Part shown: piece after piece, positions 49,468 to 58,651 of the stretch | How positions within the stretch are numbered: the stretch's first letter is position 1 | Layout: each line of letters starts with the position of its first letter | Assembly (NCBI GenBank): GCA_964499705.1 | Contig: CAZCME010000002.1 | Span: 372,001 to 436,000 of the forward strand | Source of the DNA: an uncultured bacterium | GTDB taxonomy: Bacteria; UBA8481 | Direction: 5' to 3' | Length of the DNA stretch: 64,000 bases | The notes under the pieces: generated by a model | Databases searched by the model: none | Seen by the model: the letters and a program-made list of their open reading frames with translations, nothing else | Told to the model about the DNA's origin: nothing | Program-made: the position numbers and the translations under genes

Positions 49468-51116
49468 GAGTGCACGCTACCCGCGCCGCCTGAAGTGTCG
49501 CGCCAGGAAATCCCCTCTTCGCTCGGCAGGTATTTCTCGATGGCGCGGCGCATGGAGGAAGAAGCTCCGACAAAAACGAAGCGGCAGGATCGGGGCCGGG
49601 AACTGACGGCGCGGGAAAGCGTCGCCAGGACCGCGTCATCGGCGAACCGGCACTTCCGCACCTCGACGATGATCTCCGCGGAATCGGTCCTGATATGCTC
49701 CAGGGCCGACGCGAGCGCGGTGCGGATCATGGGGAGCGCATTGCGATCGGCAATTTCCGGCAGCGCCACCCTGCCCGGCGCGGGTCTTGGGGCGGTGGCA
49801 GGGACGGTGCGCGCCGTCGTCGCCGGCAGGGCGGATGGCACGGCTGCCGGACGCGGCGACCTGGCTTGAAGAGGCGCAGGTCGTCGCGCCGCCTTCACGA
49901 TCTCCGTCACGTCGATTTTTGTCGTGAGCTCCATCTTCCGGATCAGGGAAGAAAAACCCGCCGCCTGGAACCACTCCATATGATTCCTGTCGGCAAAGAG
50001 CGCGTGTGGAATCTTGAAGGATCCGGTCGCATGCATGCTTTCCAGGAGGTTCTTAAGTTCATGCAACGCCTCGTTGGAGATCCACTGAAGGCGCGAGCAA
50101 TCGAGAGCCGCCTCGGGGCCTCCCACGCGACCGAGCGCCATGGCGAGTTCGCGGTGCACGGTCTCCGTGCGCATGTTCGCTCCGACGGCCCCGGCCAGGA
50201 TCAGGGTCCGCGGAGAACCGTTGATCTCGCTCCACGATCGCCCCTTTCGCCTTTCGCTCGCCTCGGTCCTGCCCACAAGCGCCCCGGCGCGCCGGCGGTC
50301 GGTCGTCCAGGATTCGATCATGTGTTCCACGAGATTCGAGTTCCGGAAATACGCTTCGTGCCCGGCGATCGGTTCCGTCGGGGAGAGGACGAGAAAGCGG
50401 TGAGGCGTGAGCGCGCGCCAGATCTTCCGGAGAATGCCGTCGCGGGCTTCCTGGGAAAAATAGTAGAGAACATTCCGGCAGAAGATGAGATCGCACTCGG
50501 AAGGGTAGATGTCCGTGACGAAATTAAGCGGCATGAATCGAACGGCATTTCTGACGGTGTCCCTCACCTTCCAGCGGCTGTCGGAATCGCGCGTGAAATA
50601 ACGGGCGAGAAGCTCCGGAGAGAGTTCCAGAGTGACCGCGCGCTCGCCGTATATTCCCGCGCGGGCTTCCTCGAGAGCCTTCGTGTCGATGTCGGTCGCG
50701 ATGATTTCGAAGGAAAAGGTTCCCAGCCAGGATGCCGCTTCCAGGCAGCAGATCGCCAGGGAGTAGGGTTCGCATCCTGATGAACAGGCGGCCGACCAGA
50801 TCCGGATGGGGCGGCGCCGCTCGCGGTTCTCGTTAACGAGGAGCGGCAGCAGAACGCGCCTGACCGAATCGAACTGCTGCGGATGGCGGAAGAAGAAGGT
50901 CTCGTTCACAGCGACCGCTTCGATGAGAAGCGAGAGTTCACCCCGGTCGGTCGTCAACCGGTCGCGATAGCCGGTCCAGTCGAGGAGGTTGAGGGTCGCG
51001 ATCCGTTCCTCGATCCGCGCTTCGACGACTTTCGCGCGCCCTTCGGAGAAGTCCATGCCGGTTGAGTCGTGAAGGATTCGGATGAAGGCATCCATCGCGC
51101 CGGTTGCCAGCGTCAC
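49464..51116 (-). CDS. cheR: Chemotaxis methyltransferase CheR with two C-terminal STAS-like domains
   Basis: NETFFFR, IWSAACSSG.EPYSLA, ATDID, DLIFCRNVL.YF; about 270 extra C-terminal residues with two STAS-like patterns. Confidence 0.88.
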   Translation of the reverse strand: MTLATGAMDAFIRILHDSTGMDFSEGRAKVVEARIEERIATLNLLDWTGYRDRLTTDRGELSLLIEAVAVNETFFFRHPQQFDSVRRVLLPLLVNENRERRRPIRIWSAACSSGCEPYSLAICCLEAASWLGTFSFEIIATDIDTKALEEARAGIYGERAVTLELSPELLARYFTRDSDSRWKVRDTVRNAVRFMPLNFVTDIYPSECDLIFCRNVLYYFSQEARDGILRKIWRALTPHRFLVLSPTEPIAGHEAYFRNSNLVEHMIESWTTDRRRAGALVGRTEASERRKGRSWSEINGSPRTLILAGAVGANMRTETVHRELAMALGRVGGPEAALDCSRLQWISNEALHELKNLLESMHATGSFKIPHALFADRNHMEWFQAAGFSSLIRKMELTTKIDVTEIVKAARRPAPLQARSPRPAAVPSALPATTARTVPATAPRPAPGRVALPEIADRNALPMIRTALASALEHIRTDSAEIIVEVRKCRFADDAVLATLSRAVSSRPRSCRFVFVGASSSMRRAIEKYLPSEEGISWRDTSGGAGSVHS

Positions 51117-51607
51117 GCGGCGCCCTCCTCTTCAAGAAACAGCCAGGCGTCGTGATCGAAGAGCCGCTCCGTGCGCAGAATCGTCGCGGGCTGCCGGCCG
51201 CGATAAACGCCGCGGAAAAAATCGCGGGTCGCTTCCGGTGTCGTCGAGGGAATGTCGACGATGGATTTCGCGGATATCCATTCCACGGAAAGCACCTCGT
51301 CGACCGCGAAGAGAGCCTCGTGATTTTTCCAACGCAGCAGGAGCCCCGATTCGGTCTCGCCGGTCTCCACCCCGAGGAGCGTCCCCATGTCCGCGACAGG
51401 AAGGATGCGTCCGCGGAGATTCATGATGCCGCGGATATGACCGGGAAGCCGGAAGAGGTTCGTGACTTCGCGCAGAACAGCGACCTCCACGACGGACGCG
51501 ACATCGACGGCGAAATACGCGCCGCCCAGGCGAATGAGAACGAGCCCGGTATCGAGCACTTCCTCGGCCGATTCGGACTCCTGATCATCCCAAAGTTCGT
51601 CTCTCAG
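51113..51607 (-). CDS. cheW: Chemotaxis adaptor CheW (start codon altered by an adjacent element)
   Basis: FAVDV..V.EV, GIMNLRGRILPV. The frame extends upstream of GTG 51559 as (CTG)RDELWDDQESESAEEV up to the element boundary. Confidence 0.85.
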   Translation of the reverse strand: MRDELWDDQESESAEEVLDTGLVLIRLGGAYFAVDVASVVEVAVLREVTNLFRLPGHIRGIMNLRGRILPVADMGTLLGVETGETESGLLLRWKNHEALFAVDEVLSVEWISAKSIVDIPSTTPEATRDFFRGVYRGRQPATILRTERLFDHDAWLFLEEEGAA

Positions 51608-51730
51608 GGGACATTCTCCAACATTGCAACATTCACACTGAAGGAGTTATGCCGTGCAGGATGATGGAGTAAGTTTGGATGTCGCGTAACTTCAACGTCG
51701 CCAATGTTGGAATGTTGGAGAATGTCCCCT
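51606..51730. mobile_element. Palindromic MITE/REP-like element, family B
   Basis: 28-bp terminal IR with one mismatch: AGGGGACATTCTCCAACATTGCAACATT / AATGTTGGAATGTTGGAGAATGTCCCCT; lies between the MCP and cheW genes. Confidence 0.85.
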
Positions 51731-51733
51731 CTC

Positions 51734-53512
51734 CTATATCCGGAAGCGGCCGAGCGTGGACTCGAGCGAGTTGATGACGGACTGGAGTTCATTCCCCTGC
51801 TTGACGATCTGCTCCGTCGAACGGAGCGCTTCGGAAGCGACATTGTTGACGGAGTCGACGGACGAAACCACCTGGTCGGACGCCTTGACCTGCTCGTTGA
51901 TCGCAATGGTGATTTCGGAGATGGCGCGATGCGTCTCGGCAACCCTCTGGCGGATATTCTCGAAGGTCACCGCGAGATGCTCCGCGTGCTGCACTCCTTC
52001 CTCGGCGACGGCGACGCCGCGCGAGGTGGTCTCGCGAGTCTGGCGGATCTCCTCCTGGATCTTCTCGATGATATCGCCGATCTCGGCGGCGCTCCGGGAG
52101 CTGCGCTCCGCAAGCTTGCGGACTTCGTCAGCCACGACCGCGAATCCCTTGCCCTGCTCTCCGGCGCGCGCGGCTTCGATCGCCGCGTTGAGGGCGAGGA
52201 GGTTCGTCTGCTGGGATATTTCCTGGATCGCGCCGACGATCTTGCCGATCGTCTCGGATGCCTCCGCCAGCGCCTGCGTGCGCTTTCCCGTTTCCTCCGA
52301 GGTCTGCCGGATCGCGTCCAGGCCGCGGGAAGTGTCAGAAACCGCGCGCGATCCCTCTGAGGCCACATCGGCCGTTTCGCCGGCCAGGCGGGAGGCGCTC
52401 GCCGATGATGCGGAGACCTCCTGGATCGACGCGCTCATTTCGGTCATGGCCGCGGAAACTTCCGAGAGGCGGACAGTCTGCTCGCGCGCGCCGCGGGACA
52501 GTTGCTGGCTGGCCGCCAGGAGCTCGGTGGCGGAGGAAGCGGTCTGCATGCCGACTTCCTTGGAGCCCTGCAGAAGCGAGCGGAGATTGTCGACCATGAT
52601 CTTGAACGAATGGCCCAGGTCGCCGGAGACTTCCTTCTGAAGAACCTCTGAAGATAAATCTCCTTTCGCCATCGCGTCGGCCTGGTAGGACAAGAGACGC
52701 AATCCGGAGAGCATATGGTTGAAGACTCCTCCCAGCTTCCCGATTTCGTCGGGCGAATCATCCTCGATCTTCTCGACTTGAAGCCGGCCTTCTGAGATCG
52801 CCTGGGAGGTCTTCACCAGGAGCGCGAGGCGCGAGGAGACATTGCGTATGATCCAGGCGCAAAGCATCATGACAAGCGCGATGATGAGAACTGCCAGGCC
52901 GATCTGGATGGCGCGGCTTGTGGCGATGATGCTCTGAGCGCTTCCCTGCTGCTCCAGGAAATACGCATTCGCCATCGCGACGACCTTGTCGATGGCAATG
53001 CGATGCTCGTTGTATTTCTCCTTGAGGGAGCCATTGGCAAGTTCTCTGGCCTTGGCGATATCTCCACGCTTGATGGCCGGGATGAATTCCTCATCGCGAA
53101 TTCTGAAAAAAGCCATGGCAGGATCGTACGATTCCTTCACCATGACAGTCTTCATCGGGCCGTCCTGGAGAGAATCCACCCAGAATTGATGTCGTTCCTC
53201 GTACCCGCTCCCGTCCTCGGGTTTCGATCGCAATGCATTTCCACGGGCGATCAACTCATCCCTGACCTTCGGATCGGTTTCGTCGAGCAATTGAAGAGTC
53301 AGAAGGTAGGATTCGATGACGTATTCGGGCGGCGGCAGAATATCGGCGATCAGATCCTTCGCGAGTACGATCTCATTATAGACGGGGCCCGTAACCTGGA
53401 CCCTGCCCAGCGTGTAGAAGGACATGGCGATGTAGATGACGAAACCGATGGTATAGAGCGCCACGAGGGAGAGGAGCTTGCCCCGCAGTGTCTGCTTGCC
53501 GATGTTGAGCAT
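51734..53512 (-). CDS. Methyl-accepting chemotaxis protein
   Basis: Two TM segments, periplasmic domain, HAMP (DEIGKL), signalling tip [46 protein letters not shown]. Confidence 0.97.
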   Translation of the reverse strand: MLNIGKQTLRGKLLSLVALYTIGFVIYIAMSFYTLGRVQVTGPVYNEIVLAKDLIADILPPPEYVIESYLLTLQLLDETDPKVRDELIARGNALRSKPEDGSGYEERHQFWVDSLQDGPMKTVMVKESYDPAMAFFRIRDEEFIPAIKRGDIAKARELANGSLKEKYNEHRIAIDKVVAMANAYFLEQQGSAQSIIATSRAIQIGLAVLIIALVMMLCAWIIRNVSSRLALLVKTSQAISEGRLQVEKIEDDSPDEIGKLGGVFNHMLSGLRLLSYQADAMAKGDLSSEVLQKEVSGDLGHSFKIMVDNLRSLLQGSKEVGMQTASSATELLAASQQLSRGAREQTVRLSEVSAAMTEMSASIQEVSASSASASRLAGETADVASEGSRAVSDTSRGLDAIRQTSEETGKRTQALAEASETIGKIVGAIQEISQQTNLLALNAAIEAARAGEQGKGFAVVADEVRKLAERSSRSAAEIGDIIEKIQEEIRQTRETTSRGVAVAEEGVQHAEHLAVTFENIRQRVAETHRAISEITIAINEQVKASDQVVSSVDSVNNVASEALRSTEQIVKQGNELQSVINSLESTLGRFRI

Positions 53513-53676
53513 GGAAATCCTCCGTGGAGATGCGGTCGCATCCAGCCGTTCGAACGGTTGGACGCCTATAAGAGCGTACTAATGCAATCCTAATTGCACA
53601 ATTCTGTCAATCGCGCAGTTAGGCTCATGATTCTGCCGGACATCGCCGATATCTTCCTCGAAAGGTGGTGAGAACC

Positions 53677-53889
53677 ATGTTGATCGATTTGAACGACAAG
53701 CGATTCCAATTCGAAAGCGATGAAGATGCCCGGATCAAGATGACGGCGTATATCCTCGAAAATTTCTCCGACCTTCTGGGCGACGAAATCAAGCTTCTCA
53801 ATCTTCCCAACGGATTGGATATTCTCTCGTCCAGGATCCAGGACCGCCTGGCCGCCTCCCGAGGCGAACTCCAGGAACTGGCCGCATGA
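53677..53889 (+). CDS. Small hypothetical protein (70 aa)
   Basis: AAGGTGG SD; protein-like composition; fills the gap divergent from the MCP. Confidence 0.6.
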   Translation: MLIDLNDKRFQFESDEDARIKMTAYILENFSDLLGDEIKLLNLPNGLDILSSRIQDRLAASRGELQELAA

Positions 53890-53910
53890 TAAAGGACGTT
53901 AATACGAGGT

Positions 53911-53957
53911 TAATACGGGGACAGTATACTGTCCCCGTATTACTGTCCCCGTATTAA
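53911..53957. repeat. Perfect 32-bp palindrome with a duplicated right arm (GGGGACA-type)
   Basis: TAATACGGGGACAGTA-TACTGTCCCCGTATTA (53911-53942); TACTGTCCCCGTAT occurs twice in tandem. Confidence 0.9.
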
Positions 53958-54049
53958 TCCAATTTGGGATCTTCCAACAAAAACGAAAGTCGCAATCGCA
54001 AGTCTTTGAATTGCTTCATACTAACTATGCTGAATCGAGGCTGAAGAAC

Positions 54050-54352
54050 CTACAGCCGGCTCTGGAAGTCCTTCGTGGCGCGGTCGAAGGCTTCCTTCGA
54101 ATTCCGGCAGGAGAGGTAGTATTTGCGGTAGAGCGCATCAAACTCGGTCTTGGGATCGCCTTTCTTTCCCGTCGTCATCATCAGGAAGACCATGTAGATA
54201 TCGATAATGATGATAAAGAAGGCGGAGACCATGAGCGCCTGCTGGGCGGGCAGGAATTCCCGGAGGGACGGCATGTTTCCCGCCATGAAACACTGGATCG
54301 CGATGATGTTGAAGGATCCGAGAATGCAGAGCGCGAGGATGATCCGTTGCAT
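54050..54352 (-). CDS. Small two-TM hypothetical membrane protein
   Basis: Two hydrophobic segments and a charged tail; TAGGAT 6 nt upstream of the ATG. Confidence 0.65.
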   Translation of the reverse strand: MQRIILALCILGSFNIIAIQCFMAGNMPSLREFLPAQQALMVSAFFIIIIDIYMVFLMMTTGKKGDPKTEFDALYRKYYLSCRNSKEAFDRATKDFQSRL

Positions 54353-54390
54353 GGCGGAATCCTACCGGCGCTCGGTGTGAAGTAAAGGCT

Positions 54391-55002
54391 TCATGAACCT
54401 TGGACGAGCGGATCGACGGCCGGGAGAACATACGAGCCGCCTGTTGAAGCCGGATCGGGGTCCGCGGGAAGGACGGTGGATGTCCCCCGGCCCGCCTTCC
54501 CTCTCGCTCCCGGAAGAAGCAGATCGTGTTTCCTCGCCAGCGACGCAAGTCGCGCGGCCGCCAGCTTCGCCGGCTCGGTGAATTCGTATTTCATCGCCTT
54601 CTCGTAATCGTATTTCGCATCCCGGATGCTGCCTTCGAGCTCAAACAGCTCGCCGGCTCTCAGGTGCGCCGACGGCGCCAGGTCGGGCCGGGAATAATCG
54701 AGCGCGGACTTTCTGTACTGCAGAGCGGCTTCATGCCGTTCGCCGAGCGCCTCCAGGCATTGCGCCAGCCGAAAGGAGGCGTCATTGGCGCGGTGAAAAT
54801 CGGAGTAGTTATCGAGGAATTCGCGATAGGTCAGGATGGCCTGCTGATAACTTTTTACGGAATAATACTCTTCGCCACGCTCGAAGAGCGCGTTCGCTTC
54901 CAGGTTCTTCCAGGTTGTTTCGCTGCGGACGATATTGGCGGAGGAAGCCGCGCAGGACGTCAGGAGGTACCCGCAGAGAAGAACGATTAGGATTCTGAAC
55001 AT
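54391..55002 (-). CDS. TPR lipoprotein (BamD/CpoB-like)
   Basis: Lipobox LTS-C; TPR motifs Y..AI..Y..FL..Y. Confidence 0.75.
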   Translation of the reverse strand: MFRILIVLLCGYLLTSCAASSANIVRSETTWKNLEANALFERGEEYYSVKSYQQAILTYREFLDNYSDFHRANDASFRLAQCLEALGERHEAALQYRKSALDYSRPDLAPSAHLRAGELFELEGSIRDAKYDYEKAMKYEFTEPAKLAAARLASLARKHDLLLPGARGKAGRGTSTVLPADPDPASTGGSYVLPAVDPLVQGS

Positions 55003-55047
55003 AGATTGATCTATCGGTTCAGAACGGGACGATATTTACAGAAAAGT

Positions 55048-56157
55048 TCAGGTTCCGGCCGGATAGGACCCCAGGACCCGGAAATACTGGCACTCCCGTT
55101 CCAGGTCCCGCAATGCCCGCGCGAGCTTTGGCGCGGATGAGTGGCCTTCCATATCGACGAAGAAGACGTACTGCCATGCCTTGACGCGCGCCGGACGCGA
55201 TTCGATCTTAGTGAGATTGATCTTATGCCTCTGGAAAGGCTCCAGCATCTTGAAGAGCGCTCCCGGTCTGTCCTTCACGGAAAAAGCCACGGACGTCTTG
55301 TCGGCAGACGTCGGCCGGGAGGCCTTCTCTTCGGCGGCCCGGCGGAGCACGAGGAAGCGCGTCGTGTTTCCGGCGACATCCTCGATACCGGCCTTGACGA
55401 TCTTCAGTCCATACTTCTCCGCCGCCAATTCCGACGCGATCGCAGCAGTTCCCGGATGCCTCGCGGCATCCTGCGCGGCGGCCGCCGTCGAGGAGGCGTT
55501 GCGGACTGGTATGCCGGGATAGTACGCTTCGATAAAATTCCGGCACTGTCCGATGGCCTGCGGATGCGAAACGATCCTGTCGATCCGGATCCGGGATCCG
55601 CCGCGAACCGCCTTCGGATGGACCATGAGATGATGGTGCACCGGAAGGAGAATTTCCGCGGCGATGGACAGACTTGCCTGCGATAGAGTGGAATCGATGA
55701 GCCTGTCGAGCGTATGGACGATGGCGCCTTCCGTGGAATTCTCGATCGGCACGACGCCGACATCGACGTCGCCCTTCTCCACGCGCAGAAAGACATCCGC
55801 GATCGTCGCTTCGAACTCGAGATGCGTCGACCGGCCGAAATGCTTCACCGCGGCCAGGTGCGTGTACGTCGCTTCCGGCCCCAGGATCGCCGCGCTGAAA
55901 CGCTTTTCGAGGGAGAGCGACGTCCCGATGATCTCGCGGTACACAGCGGCCAGGGATTCGGCCGGAAATACTTTCCGCCCGCGTGTGACACGGGCGAGCA
56001 CATCCGCTTCACGGGCAGGCTGATACAAGGTCTCGCCGAGGCCTTCCTTGATGGATGCCGTCTTCATGGCGAGCCGGGCCCGCTCATCGAGAAGCCCGAC
56101 GATCCGCACGTCGATGGCGTCAATGCTCGCTCTCAGATCGGACAGCTTCTTCTTCAT
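55048..56157 (-). CDS. pheA: Chorismate mutase / prephenate dehydratase
   Basis: LR..IDAID..IV.LL..R, VPIENSTEG, SHPQAIGQC, NTTRF, NLTKIESRP, LGSYP. Confidence 0.96.
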   Translation of the reverse strand: MKKKLSDLRASIDAIDVRIVGLLDERARLAMKTASIKEGLGETLYQPAREADVLARVTRGRKVFPAESLAAVYREIIGTSLSLEKRFSAAILGPEATYTHLAAVKHFGRSTHLEFEATIADVFLRVEKGDVDVGVVPIENSTEGAIVHTLDRLIDSTLSQASLSIAAEILLPVHHHLMVHPKAVRGGSRIRIDRIVSHPQAIGQCRNFIEAYYPGIPVRNASSTAAAAQDAARHPGTAAIASELAAEKYGLKIVKAGIEDVAGNTTRFLVLRRAAEEKASRPTSADKTSVAFSVKDRPGALFKMLEPFQRHKINLTKIESRPARVKAWQYVFFVDMEGHSSAPKLARALRDLERECQYFRVLGSYPAGT

Positions 56158-56897
56158 CTCTTCGCCTTTCGCGACCCGCCCCGGTCCTTCTTTCCGCCTG
56201 CGCGACGATCGCTTCTCGTGATGCTCCCGATTTCATCCCGCGAAAGAGCCCGCAGCGAACCCTCCGGCAGATCCCCGAGGAGAATACCTCCTATTTCCGT
56301 CCTGACAAGATCGAGAATCCTGTATCCCAGTTCCCGCATGTGCCGCCTGATCTGCCGCTTCCTTCCCTCGTGAAGCGTCACCTCCACCACGTGCTTGTCC
56401 TTGATGTCGACCGGTTCCACGCTGTCGAAGAGAGAGGGCCCGTCATGGAGCTGAACCCGGGAGCGGATCATGTCGAGGGACGGTACCCGGTTCAATTCGA
56501 CGCGGTACCTCTTGACGATCTCGTGGCTGGGATGCAGAAGCTTCTGAGCCCAGTCGCCGTCATTGGTGAAAAGAAGCAGTCCGCGCGTGTCCTTGTCGAG
56601 CCGGCCGACGGGAAAGAGGTTCTTATAGCGGGAAGGCAGGAGTTCATGAACGGTCTTGTCCCGCTCGTCGCGCCGCGCCGTCAGGTAGCCCGCGGGCTTG
56701 TTGAAGGCGACGTAGTTCTGCGCGGGAGCATGGAGAGGTTTGCCATCGAAGAGAACGACCACGGAATCGTCGACGCGATCGTTCGGAAGCGCGGCGCGGC
56801 CCGCGACAGTGACCCGGCCGCAGGCGATCAGATCGTCGCAGGAACGACGCGACCGGCCGAGCGCGCGGGCGAGATACGCGTTGATGCGCTGCGTCAC
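56154..56897 (-). CDS. rluB: RsuA-family pseudouridine synthase (RluB-like)
   Basis: S4 domain; PVGRLDKDT.GLLL.TNDG; EGRKRQIR; follows scpB. Confidence 0.88.
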   Translation of the reverse strand: MTQRINAYLARALGRSRRSCDDLIACGRVTVAGRAALPNDRVDDSVVVLFDGKPLHAPAQNYVAFNKPAGYLTARRDERDKTVHELLPSRYKNLFPVGRLDKDTRGLLLFTNDGDWAQKLLHPSHEIVKRYRVELNRVPSLDMIRSRVQLHDGPSLFDSVEPVDIKDKHVVEVTLHEGRKRQIRRHMRELGYRILDLVRTEIGGILLGDLPEGSLRALSRDEIGSITRSDRRAGGKKDRGGSRKAKR

Positions 56898-57692
56898 TTA
56901 ATTGCTGGTCTCGATTTTCACCTTCGGAGGCTTCAGGGTCGCCAGCTTGGCGTCGAGATCGGAAAGTTCCCGTTCGGCCGCCTCGGTCAGCGCATCGAGC
57001 GCGTCGCGCTGGGATTCCGAAATCGCATGCCAGTCCGGTCCCTGCTCCTCGATCATCACGTCGGCTTTCGCCTTCGCGATCTCGTCGAACTCCGACAAGG
57101 GCGGCAGGTCCGCGAGACTCTTCAGTCCAAAGTGCATCAGGAACGCGTCGGTCGTGCCGTACAGCAGCGGGCGCCCAACCTCCTCCTTCTTCCCTGTGAT
57201 GCGGATCAGCTCGCGGTCCAGGAGCGTCTTCATCACGCCGTCGATATTGACGCCACGGATCGCCTCCGCTTCCGCGCGGGTCACGGGCTGACGATAAGCG
57301 ATGATCGCCAGCGTCTCGAGAGCGGCGGGAGAGAGACGGACCTTGCGCACTTCGCGGAGCATTTTCTCGATGAGAGCGGCGTGATCCGGCTTCGTTCCGA
57401 ATTGCCATCCACCCGCAATTTCGACGATGTCCAGGCCGTGGTGCGGAGCTTCATACGACGACTTCAAAGCCGCAAGCGCCGCCTCGACAATATTCTTCGG
57501 CGCCTTCAGAAGCGACGCCATCGTCTTCACCGGCAACGGTTCGCCCGTGGCCAGCAGGAGCGCCTCGATCGCCGCGAGAAGATCCTCCGGGCGATATTCC
57601 TTCTTCTCCACGGCCGGCGCGCTTTCCGCGCCAGCTTCCGTCACCGGCCAGCCGTTGTCTTCCGCAATCTGTTCTTCAGTCGTTTCTGTCAT
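56898..57692 (-). CDS. scpB: SMC-Scp complex subunit ScpB
   Basis: IEALLLA, LSPAALETLAIIAYRQPVTRAE...IRGV, GRPLLYGTT..FL.HFGL.SL.DLP. Confidence 0.96.
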   Translation of the reverse strand: MTETTEEQIAEDNGWPVTEAGAESAPAVEKKEYRPEDLLAAIEALLLATGEPLPVKTMASLLKAPKNIVEAALAALKSSYEAPHHGLDIVEIAGGWQFGTKPDHAALIEKMLREVRKVRLSPAALETLAIIAYRQPVTRAEAEAIRGVNIDGVMKTLLDRELIRITGKKEEVGRPLLYGTTDAFLMHFGLKSLADLPPLSEFDEIAKAKADVMIEEQGPDWHAISESQRDALDALTEAAERELSDLDAKLATLKPPKVKIETSN

Positions 57693-57702
57693 CTTAACCT
57701 CG

Positions 57703-57715
57703 AGGGGACATTCTC
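57703..57715. repeat. Solo end of the family B element (AGGGGACATTCTC)
   Basis: 13/13 identity to the terminus at 51606-51618; lies in the 21-nt gap upstream of scpB. Confidence 0.6.
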
Positions 57716-58634
57716 ATAATTGACCCGGTGTCGTCAATACCGACGGCGGGCCGGACTGCGCTGCCGGTTGTGCCGGAGCCGACAACGACGATGTATCTGA
57801 ATCGAGCGGGAGTCCGAGGGTCGAGCGGGCCGCGTCGGCGGAGGAGGAGTCCGGATATTTCGCGATCAGTTCTTCGAGATATGCTTTTCCTTCATCCCGT
57901 TTTCCCAACTGTGTGTAATGGATGAATCCGAGAGCATAAAGCGCTTCCGGCGCGCGACCGTCGTCACCGTATTCGCGAAGAAACTGCCTCCAAAGCCGGA
58001 CGGTTTCGGTGACGTGTCCAAGATAGTCCATGCAGAGCGCTGCTTCATACAGCGCTTCGCGCGCCAAGGGATCCTTCGGGAATTTCTCGACGACGGCAAG
58101 GTATCGCCGCGCGGCTTCTTCATAATCCTGGCGGCGGCCGGAGAGGTAGAAGTTGCGGGCTTCATTATAAAGCTGCTCGGCGGGTTCAGATGAGCGGGGA
58201 TGCGAACGAGTCATGATCTCCTTCGCCTTCGCGGCGTAGGGCGAATCAGGATGCTCCCGCATCAGAAGCGACAGCAGCGGCTCCGCTTCGGCCCGGCGAT
58301 CGGCGGCGATCAAGGCGACGGCCTTGCGGTAAATCTCCTCCGCGGGATCGTGCAGCATCTTCGAGGCAACGCCGACCACGATCAGAGCGACGGCAATGCC
58401 GACGACCGTGATGAGAAGCGTTCGGGAGGACGCTCCCGGGCGCCTTGCGGAGGTTCGCTTCATCGTGGCGGGGACGAGCCCGGAGTGCGCCGCGCAACGA
58501 CCTCCGGCTGCAGGAGCGGTCGAACAGGGGCCGGTCTGCGTGAAGTGACCGCAGATCGGACGGCCCAGAGTGTCCTCCAGGCGCGATATGGCCGCAAGGT
58601 GTTCCGTTCCCCAGGCTGGATCGACACGCGCCAC
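57714..58634 (-). CDS. Single-TM TPR protein with an N-terminal Cys3-His motif
   Basis: CGHFTQTGPCSTAPAAGGRCAAH; one TM segment; repeated YP.S..A..A TPR motifs. Confidence 0.75.
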   Translation of the reverse strand: MARVDPAWGTEHLAAISRLEDTLGRPICGHFTQTGPCSTAPAAGGRCAAHSGLVPATMKRTSARRPGASSRTLLITVVGIAVALIVVGVASKMLHDPAEEIYRKAVALIAADRRAEAEPLLSLLMREHPDSPYAAKAKEIMTRSHPRSSEPAEQLYNEARNFYLSGRRQDYEEAARRYLAVVEKFPKDPLAREALYEAALCMDYLGHVTETVRLWRQFLREYGDDGRAPEALYALGFIHYTQLGKRDEGKAYLEELIAKYPDSSSADAARSTLGLPLDSDTSSLSAPAQPAAQSGPPSVLTTPGQL

Positions 58635-58651
58635 GAAATCGGTTACGCCAC

